Origin: Acidobacteriota bacterium
Lineage (GTDB): Bacteria > Acidobacteriota > CAIWXX01
DNA: 64,000 bases
Assembly (NCBI GenBank): GCA_040755995.1
Contig: JBFMAF010000035.1
Span: 234,021-298,020, forward strand
Direction: 5' to 3'
Part shown: in pieces, positions 9,520 to 17,413 of the stretch
Layout of the letters: every line of letters begins with the position of its first letter
How positions within the stretch are numbered: the stretch's first letter is position 1
Translations under genes and position numbers: made by a program
The notes under the pieces: model-generated
The model's database searches: none
The model's input: the letters and a program-made list of their open reading frames with translations, nothing else
Told to the model about the DNA's origin: nothing

Positions 9520-10389
9520 TCACTTGCTGAGCGCCTGAACGATCGCCGGCTCGATCTTGCTGTCCGGGAAGCCGACGTCTTTGTACACGATCGTCTGCTT
9601 CCGGTCGATCACCACGTTCAGCGGGATGTAGCCATCGTCGTTGTAGAGGTCCCACGCGAGCTCGTTCGTGTCGGCGAGGACCGGGAACTGGAGTCCGTAG
9701 CTCTTCGCCCACGTCGAGCAGTCCGCTTGATCCGGCGGGTTGCCGTTGTAGTCCTCTATCAGCACGCTGAGAATGACGAATCCGCGATCCCGGTATTTCT
9801 CAAAAAGCGCCTCTGCTTCGCTCGCCTCATCCTGGCAGGGGCCGCACCACATCGCGGACAGATCGAGCAGCACCACCTTCCCGGCGTAGTCCCTAAGCGA
9901 CCTCGCAGCTCCATCCTGGTCCGTCAGCGTGAAATTGATCGCCTGCTGTCCGACCTGAGTGCCCGGCGTCGGAAGTACGATCTGCTTCGTGCCGCTGAAG
10001 TTGCCCGCCGCATCGCGCAGCTTCACGTTCAGCTTGACATACCTGCTCTGGTCGCAGGCTACCTGGATCTTGACGGTGTCCGTTCCGGTGGCGAGCTGGT
10101 ACTTCGGCTTGGTGAGCTGCACGCTGACTTCGCTCGTGGACCCCGAGGACCGCACTATGACGACCTTCAGGAACCCATTCCGGAGATTCAGCCCCATGTC
10201 CGAGAACGTGAACTTCAAGGCGACGGTGGTCGTCTTGCCCTGAGAGATCACGGTGGGCGCGGCCGTGATGGTCTTGATCACCGGGATGTCACCGGCGACC
10301 GGCGCTTCCGAGGCCCGGGCCGCCGGGACCAAAGCGAGCGCAATCAGCGTTCCCAGAGAGGCCAACCTCCGAAGTGTGCATACGACCAT
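9520..10389 (-). CDS. TlpA-family redoxin with an N-terminal beta-rich extra domain
   Basis: AAGGAG RBS; signal peptide; NFTLTDQDG; SAMWCGPC; IPLNVVID. Confidence 0.85.
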   Translation of the reverse strand: MVVCTLRRLASLGTLIALALVPAARASEAPVAGDIPVIKTITAAPTVISQGKTTTVALKFTFSDMGLNLRNGFLKVVIVRSSGSTSEVSVQLTKPKYQLATGTDTVKIQVACDQSRYVKLNVKLRDAAGNFSGTKQIVLPTPGTQVGQQAINFTLTDQDGAARSLRDYAGKVVLLDLSAMWCGPCQDEASEAEALFEKYRDRGFVILSVLIEDYNGNPPDQADCSTWAKSYGLQFPVLADTNELAWDLYNDDGYIPLNVVIDRKQTIVYKDVGFPDSKIEPAIVQALSK

Positions 10390-10585
10390 CACGGTTGCTC
10401 CTTTCCGCAAATGCTCTGCCCGACGCAGGCCAGTATAGCGAAACGGTGCGCCATCCCTCAAGCGAAATGAAGCGCCTGGGCCCTCCGCTGCAAGAACTGT
10501 GACACGCGTCACAGCGGCATGTAACTTAAACCAAACTGGGAACCACACGGTCTATATAGACAAGGCCGTTGCGAGGAGGAATGAC

Positions 10586-11446
10586 ATGATCTTGAAAGCG
10601 CTGCACGCGATCGCTCTCCTGGGAGTCCTGACAAGCGCAGTGTCAGCAAGACCCGCGGATCTCTCGCCGTGGGAATCCGACCAGGTGGCTGCCCAGGTCC
10701 GGTCGCTGAACATCGTCAATCAACTCAATCTCACGCCAGCCCAGCTGGACCAGATCATCCCGCTCGCTCAGCAGGACGTGACCGAGCGAAGCGCGCTCGT
10801 GCAGAGACGCGAGGCGGCTGAGCCGCAGCTGCTGGCCGCCGCTTCACGCCTGCGCGAGGAGCTCAAGGACGGGTTCAACACGACACCCGCGGCCGAGCAG
10901 GAATGGCACCGCGTCCACGGCCCGCTGCTCGACATGTTCCTGGACTACAGGCAGCATCGCGACGAGCGAATCACCGCCGCGATGCAGGTCCTGACTCCCA
11001 ACCAGCTCGCCCTGATCTCGCGTTTCAAGCCCTGCGTAGTGCCGATCAAGGACTACCGTGACCCGGCCCGCATCGGGCAGGCGTCAGCCGGGTCGAGGAT
11101 CGAGGAGGGGCTCGAGCGTCTGCGGGAGATCCCCGAGCCACTGTTCCAGAGAATCCGGCCTCGCTTGCACGAGCGTCTCTCCGAGAAGTTGCGCCTCCAC
11201 TATGACCCTGCCGAGCTGACTCAGAAGGTGCGCGCGTTCGAGCGCGCGGTGAACGAGGTGCGCGCAATGTCAGACCTCGATTTCGAGGCCAAGAAGTCGA
11301 TGATCGCGGAGGAGCTGGCTCCGGCCGAGCACGCTGCGGAGGGGCAGGAGCTGCGCGGGCGCACAGGCGAGTTCCTGTTGTCCCCAGAGGGGCTCGATGT
11401 CCTGGAAACGAAGCGCGCACTCGTGAAATCGGGCGAGTCACGATGA
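10586..11446 (+). CDS. Exported all-helical hypothetical protein
   Basis: GAGGAGG RBS; signal peptide; LNLTPAQ and VLTPNQ (Spy/CpxP-like LTxxQ) motifs; ATGA overlap with the next gene. Confidence 0.7.
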   Translation: MILKALHAIALLGVLTSAVSARPADLSPWESDQVAAQVRSLNIVNQLNLTPAQLDQIIPLAQQDVTERSALVQRREAAEPQLLAAASRLREELKDGFNTTPAAEQEWHRVHGPLLDMFLDYRQHRDERITAAMQVLTPNQLALISRFKPCVVPIKDYRDPARIGQASAGSRIEEGLERLREIPEPLFQRIRPRLHERLSEKLRLHYDPAELTQKVRAFERAVNEVRAMSDLDFEAKKSMIAEELAPAEHAAEGQELRGRTGEFLLSPEGLDVLETKRALVKSGESR

Positions 11447-12615
11447 TCCGGCCCATGCCGCTGCGGCGCCGCGAGTTCATCCGGCGCGCCTGCGCCGCCG
11501 GAGCAGGCATCTGCCTCGCTTGCGCGCGGCCGTTCGCGAGGCCGGCGGTGGCCGAGGCCGCCGGTCGCGAAGCGCGCTACTACAGGCGCTTGTCAGGAGG
11601 AAGGGTCCACTGCTACCTGTGCCCGTGCAACCCATCGATGCAGGCATGTGGGGTCCTGGAAGACGGCGAGACCTGCTGGTGCCACGTGAGGACGAATCGT
11701 GCCGGCCGGCTCTACGTCACCAACTACGCGCGCCTCGCCGCGATCCACATCGACCCTGTGGAGAAGAGCCCTCTGTATCACGTAATGCCGGGGGCGAAGG
11801 TCATGGCCGTGGCAGCGCCCGGTTGCAGCCTCGCTTGCATCTGCTGTCAGAATTGGGAGATGTCGCAGGTCGGGGTCGACGATCTGGAGACGATCGAGGC
11901 GTCTCCGAGTGAGATCGTCGATCGAGCCGTCCAGACGCGATCCACCGGCATCGCGTTCACGTACACGGAGCCCGTGGTGTATTTCGAGTATGTGGTCGAC
12001 ACCGCCGCCATCGCGCGCAAACGCGGCCTGCGGGTTCTCGTCTCCACGGGCGGTTACATCACCACCGAGCCGTTGCGCGAACTCTGCCGGTATGTGGACG
12101 CATTCTCGGTGAGCGTGAAGGGGTTCAGTGAGAAGTTCTACCTGGACAACTGCCGCGGGAGTTTCAAGGTGGTGCTGGAGAGTCTGAGGACGATCCGGGA
12201 GGAAGGGGTGTGGCTCGAGATCCCGGTTCTGATTATCCCCGGCCTCAGCGACAGGATCCAGGATGTGTCGTGGTTCTGTGGTTGGGTGAGGGACAATCTG
12301 GGCACGGAGGTACCGGTCCACTTCATTCGATTCTCGCCGGCGTACCGTCTGCAGAACCTGTCGCCGACCCCTGTGCGTGTTCTGGAGGCGGCGCGGACGG
12401 CGGCGACCAGGGCAGGCCTTCGGTACGCGTACATTGGCAACGTCCCCGGCCACGACGCGAACAACACCAACTGCCCGTCCTGCGGCCGGCTGCTGATCCA
12501 GCGTCTGGGCTTTCAGACCATCGGCAACGCGCTGGTTCCGGCGCGCAATGCTGGATCGCCGCAGCACGACTCGTGCCCGGCGTGCGGGCAGCAGATCCCG
12601 GGCCTCTGGCGCTGA
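11443..12615 (+). CDS. amrS: AmmeMemoRadiSam-type radical SAM enzyme with a twin-arginine-like leader
   Basis: CSLACICC (CxxxCxxC); DPVEKSPLYH; AFTYTEP; HFIRFSPAY; YAYIGNVPG; N- and C-terminal CxxC pairs; LRRREFI leader. Confidence 0.88.
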   Translation: MIRPMPLRRREFIRRACAAGAGICLACARPFARPAVAEAAGREARYYRRLSGGRVHCYLCPCNPSMQACGVLEDGETCWCHVRTNRAGRLYVTNYARLAAIHIDPVEKSPLYHVMPGAKVMAVAAPGCSLACICCQNWEMSQVGVDDLETIEASPSEIVDRAVQTRSTGIAFTYTEPVVYFEYVVDTAAIARKRGLRVLVSTGGYITTEPLRELCRYVDAFSVSVKGFSEKFYLDNCRGSFKVVLESLRTIREEGVWLEIPVLIIPGLSDRIQDVSWFCGWVRDNLGTEVPVHFIRFSPAYRLQNLSPTPVRVLEAARTAATRAGLRYAYIGNVPGHDANNTNCPSCGRLLIQRLGFQTIGNALVPARNAGSPQHDSCPACGQQIPGLWR

Positions 12616-12951
12616 GCACTTTGCCGCTTCAGCGCCGGAACTCTTGCGAAGTACACGTCATCCACGGAAGCCGCTGGAAGCGAAGAGTGGCCACGCAACG
12701 TAATTTCGGGCGACCGGGTGAGCCACAACATGACTCCCTTCTGGGGGTCAGCTAGCCGCGAATCGAACTGAAGGATTTCCCTCGGCACGCGCTCGCGGTC
12801 GATCTCGGAGGAAGATTCGATATCGACTTCTCCAGACATGCTCGCAGGATCTTGGATTGCCGGTTTGGTGTCAATTGCTGCCGCCCTCCAGTTGCTGAAG
12901 CCGCTGAGGAGGACGTGTAACGTGGTAGAATTGGTTCTGTGAGGTGGTGAG

Positions 12952-13188
12952 ATGACGACAGCGGTCAAGGCAGTCTACGAGGACGGTGTGTTCAAGCCTA
13001 AGGAACCCGTGCAGCTGGAGGAGCACGCCGAGGTGGAGGTGATGATCCCTGCCCATGTGCCTGTGGACGACGACGATCCCACGGGCTGGAGGGCGGCCGA
13101 GGAGATGGTCGGCTGCATTACTGAGGAACTGGTCGGCGAAGACGTCGCCGTCAACCACGACCGATACATCTACCGCCGCGACCCGTGA
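12952..13188 (+). CDS. AF2212/DUF104-like antitoxin
   Basis: KAVYEDGVFKPKEPVQL motif; ends NHDRYIY; overlaps the PIN gene. Confidence 0.82.
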   Translation: MTTAVKAVYEDGVFKPKEPVQLEEHAEVEVMIPAHVPVDDDDPTGWRAAEEMVGCITEELVGEDVAVNHDRYIYRRDP

Positions 13189-13616
13189 TCTTCGTCGACA
13201 CCGGGTTCTTCTTCGCGCTGTTCGCAATCGAGGAGCGCGCCAGGCACACGCAGGCCCGGCAGCTTCTCTCAACCATGCGGGGACGCAAACTCTCCGATAT
13301 GTTGATCACGACAGACCACATTGTGCTTGAGACCCTCACGCTCATTCAGACGACGGTGAAGCGGAACGCTCATGCGCGCGCGGTCTTCGTGGGTGAGAAG
13401 CTGTATGCCGAGCGGCTTGCCCGAATCTACCGAACCAACTTCGAGGAGCAGGTGGAGGCCTTCGCCTATCTCAAGCAGCATCGGGACAAGCCCTTTAGCG
13501 CGGTCGACTGTTTGAGTTTCGTGGTGATGCTCAAACTCGGCATCCAGGAAGCATGGACTTTCGATGGGCACTTCACGCACCGCTTCGTCGCGCGCCCTGG
13601 CCCGAAGCAGAAGTAG
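13185..13616 (+). CDS. PIN-domain (VapC-type) toxin
   Basis: IFVDTG, ETLT, SAVDCLSF and WTFDGHF acidic motifs. Confidence 0.88.
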   Translation: MIFVDTGFFFALFAIEERARHTQARQLLSTMRGRKLSDMLITTDHIVLETLTLIQTTVKRNAHARAVFVGEKLYAERLARIYRTNFEEQVEAFAYLKQHRDKPFSAVDCLSFVVMLKLGIQEAWTFDGHFTHRFVARPGPKQK

Positions 13617-13744
13617 TCTCCCGGACACCCCCACATTCGCCCAGGATAGCCGCTGGATTGGTCTAACCAGCAATCTACCGCCCTCGTCCTTGCATCATGC
13701 GATCATGACCGCACGACGGCCCTTCAATCTGCAATCTGAAATCC

Positions 13745-15256
13745 TCACAGGTACCGGTCGATGCTGCGCATTTGGATCGCCTCGGCCACGTGATGGTGCG
13801 AGATGTGGTCGGCATTCTCCAGGTCGGCGATCGTCCGGCTGACGCGCAGGATGCGGTTGTAGGCTCTGGCGCTTATGCCGACCTGCCTGGAGGCCGCATC
13901 GAGCAGCGACATGATTCGGTCGTCCACCACGCAGTGTTTCTTGATGCCGCGGCTGTCCAGCCGGGCGTTGACGCGAGCGGTCCGGGATCGCTTCGCCTGA
14001 ACGTCCCGAGCGGTACGGACCCGCTGCCGGATAGCGGTGGACGCCTCGCCCGAGCGCTCCGCGCGGAGCTCCTTCAGGTTCACAGCGGGCACTTCCAGCT
14101 GGATGTCGATGCGGTCGAGTATCGGGCCGCTGATGCGGCCGAAGTATTTCTGCCGCTGCAGCGGCGTGCAGGCGCACGTTCGCGTAGGGTCTCCGAAATA
14201 GCCGCACGGGCAGGGATTCACGGCAGCCACGAGCATGAACCGGCATGGGAACGTGAGCGATTGCTGCGCGCGCGAGATCGTGACGATGCCGTCTTCGAGC
14301 GGCTGCCTGAGCCCCTCAAGCGCAGCCCTCGAGAACTCGACGAATTCGTCCAGGAAAAGAACCCCGTTGTGGGCCAGGCTGACCTCGCCCGGCTTCGGAT
14401 GTCCGCCTCCGCCGATGAGTCCGGCGTCTGAGACGGTGTGATGCGGAGCTCTGAACGGGCGCGTTCGGACGGCGCCCCTGCCGTCGGTTAGACCTGCGGC
14501 AGAGTAGATCTTCGTGCACTCGATGATTTCATCGAGGCACATCGGTGGCATGATCGAAGGCAGGCGGCGGGCGAGCATCGTCTTGCCTGCGCCCGGAGGT
14601 CCGACCAGCAGGACGTTGTGACCGCCGGCCGCGGCTATCTCCATGGCTCGCTTGGCCGTCTCCTGGCCCTTCACATCCTGGAAGTCCTCGACCGGAGAAT
14701 CTTCTGCCGCCGGAGCCGGGTCGGGTCGCGAGATCTCGGCAGCCTGCCCCGACAGCACGGCAATGACCTCGGAGAGGTGCCTGGCGGCGAGCACCGCGAC
14801 ACCGTCCACCAGAAGCGCTTCGGCTGCGTTCTCGGCCGGAAGGATGATGCCCCGGAGCCCGCGGTCGCGCGCCAGCACCGCGGAAGCGAGAGCGCCGCGC
14901 ACTGGGCGGAGGCAGCCGTCGAGAGCGAGCTCGCCCGAGAGCAGGTAGTCGCCGACGCGTGGGAGGTCGGCCACACCGGAGGCCAGCAGAATTCCGATGG
15001 CGATCGGGAGGTCGAACGAGCCGCCTTCCTTGCGCAGCTCCGCCGGCGCGAGATTCACCGTGATTCGGGATGAAGCCAGTTTCAGCCCCGAGTTCTTGCA
15101 GGCGCTGATGATCCGCTCGCGGCTCTCACGCACCGTCGCATCGGGCAGGCCGACGACGGTGTAGTAGGGAAAGCCGGAGCTTGTCGAATCCACCTCGACC
15201 TCGACCAGCACGGCGTCGATGCCGACGAGCGTCGATGTTATCGTCTTGGCCAGCAT
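13745..15256 (-). CDS. comM: YifB/ComM-family Mg-chelatase-like AAA+ ATPase
   Basis: VGLPDATVRES, NLAPAELRKEG, GPPGAGKT, PFRAPHHT, GEVSLAHNGVLFLDE. Confidence 0.93.
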   Translation of the reverse strand: MLAKTITSTLVGIDAVLVEVEVDSTSSGFPYYTVVGLPDATVRESRERIISACKNSGLKLASSRITVNLAPAELRKEGGSFDLPIAIGILLASGVADLPRVGDYLLSGELALDGCLRPVRGALASAVLARDRGLRGIILPAENAAEALLVDGVAVLAARHLSEVIAVLSGQAAEISRPDPAPAAEDSPVEDFQDVKGQETAKRAMEIAAAGGHNVLLVGPPGAGKTMLARRLPSIMPPMCLDEIIECTKIYSAAGLTDGRGAVRTRPFRAPHHTVSDAGLIGGGGHPKPGEVSLAHNGVLFLDEFVEFSRAALEGLRQPLEDGIVTISRAQQSLTFPCRFMLVAAVNPCPCGYFGDPTRTCACTPLQRQKYFGRISGPILDRIDIQLEVPAVNLKELRAERSGEASTAIRQRVRTARDVQAKRSRTARVNARLDSRGIKKHCVVDDRIMSLLDAASRQVGISARAYNRILRVSRTIADLENADHISHHHVAEAIQMRSIDRYL

Positions 15257-15327
15257 GCCATCCCGTCCTTGCCTTCACGAGGCGCCGGCCAAGCTGCACC
15301 AAATGGCGAGGCACGGCCTCGCCGAAA

Positions 15328-17181
15328 CTACTTCTTGCCCCGATAGATGGTCAGTCTGTCCCCCGGGTAGATCGCCCGGCTGCTCGATAGCCCGTTGAGG
15401 CTCATGATGGACTCGACGGTCGTCCGGTAGTTGCTGGCAATCCGGCCGAGCGTGTCGCCCTTCCTCACTAGATAGGTTACCTTTTCATAGGAGGACGTAC
15501 CGGACGAGGCAGTAGACCCTGACGTCGACGCGCTGCCGACGACGAGCCTGTCTCCGGGGTGGATCAGCGTGGACCTGAGCCCGTTCTTCGCCATGAGTGC
15601 CGCAGGTGACAGATCGAATGCGCGGGCGATGGTGTAGATCGTGTCTCCGCTCCGCACGATGTAGACCTTGCCGGTTGCGGTGGTGCTGGCGGTCCGTGTG
15701 GAGGTATAAGAGCTGCTGGAGCCTCCGGCTTGGGCTATGAGCTTTGCGCCCATTGGGATGATTATCCTGCTGCCTGCTGCGACCTCCGGCTTCTCCAGCG
15801 AGTTGGCCTGTAATATGGCCGTGACGCTCGTGCCGTACTGGCTAGCCAACTTCGTCAGCGTGTCGCCCGCCTCGATCGTCCTCAGCCTCCAGGTGACGCG
15901 CTTATCCGCCGGGATCATGGCGAAGTTTGCGGCGAAGGTCTCGCTGCAATGAACGGGCAGTCGCAACGGGTAGTTGGTCACCCCCTTGGGCGTCGTCAGA
16001 CGCCGAAGCTCCGGGTTCAGCGCCTGCACCTCGGACAGGGTCGTATCGGCGCACTCCGCCACAAGCCGCAGATCGGTAGTCGTCGGCACGGTGATCGTCT
16101 CGAACTCGACCGGCCTGTCAGGGGCGATGGCAAAGCCGTATTTCTCCTGGTTCTTCGCGATGAGCATTCCGGCAAGGATTGCCGGCACATAGTTCTTGGT
16201 CTCTATCCTGAGGTACTTGCTCTCGGCCAGCTCCCAGAATGTGGTCTTGCCCGTCTTGTTCAGGGCGTACTCGACCTTCTTCTCGCCTGCGTTGTACGCG
16301 GCCATCGCCAGGTACCAGTCGCCGAACATGGCGTAGAGGTCGCGGAGATAGGCGGCGGCGGCACGCGTCGCCTTCTCGGGATCCGACCGTTCATCGACCC
16401 ACCAATCGCTCTTCAGCCCGTACCGCTTGCCTGTACCGGAGATGAACTGCCACATGCCCATGGCCTTTGCGCGGCTGTATGCGTGAGGCTTGAACGAGCT
16501 TTCGATCAGCACCATGTAGGCGAGATCCTGCGGCATTCCTTCCTCTTTCAGAATCCCGCGGATGAGGTCCAAATAGCGGCCGCTTCTCCAGAGCCCGCCC
16601 TCGATCTCGTCGCGCCGCCGGTTCTGGAATGAGCTGATGAAAGCCAGCACCTTCGAGTTGACGGTCACCGGGATATCGTAATCGGCCGGGTCGATCTCCC
16701 CCTCGATCCTCTGAATGAGCTCGCTGGTCTCCGGCGCGCTCGGCGGCTCTTCGACTGGAGCGTCAAGCTCGTCGATCGACGCCGGCTCCAGCGGCACCTC
16801 CGTGAATCCGTCGCCCTCCTTGAACGCCGCCAGCTCGCGGTTCCGTATCTCGGTGACATACTCTTCAAACGCGGCGTTCAGCCGCGGATCTTCCGTCGGG
16901 CTCACGCTGGAGGTCAGGAACGCGTCGATACAGAGATCAAAGTCGCGCCTGGCCTTGTCCAGATGACCGTTCACGAACTCCTCGTCCCCCATCTCGAAGT
17001 AGTACTTGGCGGTGTCCAGGATATCCCTGATCCGCGCCTCGTCGGGGCTCATCAGGGTCTCCGGAGGGATCGCCGGAGCCGTAACGTCGGGGCCCTTCGT
17101 TCTCACGGCTCCCCCGCCGCAAGAGACCGTCACCGCGGCCCCGATCAGAAGAACAAGATACTGGCGTATCCGTCGCACCAT
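15328..17181 (-). CDS. mltD: MltD-like lytic murein transglycosylase lipoprotein with three LysM domains
   Basis: Lipobox VTVSC; IESSF, GMWQF, AAYNAG, ETKNYVP; three LysM repeats. Confidence 0.9.
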   Translation of the reverse strand: MVRRIRQYLVLLIGAAVTVSCGGGAVRTKGPDVTAPAIPPETLMSPDEARIRDILDTAKYYFEMGDEEFVNGHLDKARRDFDLCIDAFLTSSVSPTEDPRLNAAFEEYVTEIRNRELAAFKEGDGFTEVPLEPASIDELDAPVEEPPSAPETSELIQRIEGEIDPADYDIPVTVNSKVLAFISSFQNRRRDEIEGGLWRSGRYLDLIRGILKEEGMPQDLAYMVLIESSFKPHAYSRAKAMGMWQFISGTGKRYGLKSDWWVDERSDPEKATRAAAAYLRDLYAMFGDWYLAMAAYNAGEKKVEYALNKTGKTTFWELAESKYLRIETKNYVPAILAGMLIAKNQEKYGFAIAPDRPVEFETITVPTTTDLRLVAECADTTLSEVQALNPELRRLTTPKGVTNYPLRLPVHCSETFAANFAMIPADKRVTWRLRTIEAGDTLTKLASQYGTSVTAILQANSLEKPEVAAGSRIIIPMGAKLIAQAGGSSSSYTSTRTASTTATGKVYIVRSGDTIYTIARAFDLSPAALMAKNGLRSTLIHPGDRLVVGSASTSGSTASSGTSSYEKVTYLVRKGDTLGRIASNYRTTVESIMSLNGLSSSRAIYPGDRLTIYRGKK

Positions 17182-17198
17182 CTCTTTCCTGCCGAAAG

Positions 17199-17228
17199 CT
17201 TATACCATGCAACAGTTCGATCGGTCAA
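17199..17228 (-). promoter_or_regulatory. Candidate sigma-70 promoter of mltD
   Basis: TTGACC-N18-TATAAG with an extended -10 TG. Confidence 0.5.
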
Positions 17229-17413
17229 AAGTTTTTTTCGGGTTTTCGGCGTGCGGCCTACGCCGAGTCAGATGCATCGGCCCCACGTGGGCCGGAATTC
17301 GGAAGGAGAAAAACGGCCAAGACCAGAAAGCCGCGCCTGGGCTGTATCACCCTTCACCTTGCACCATTCAGAGCCGGTGGCGCCGGCGGCCGCCGGCCGC
17401 GGAGACCCCGTGC

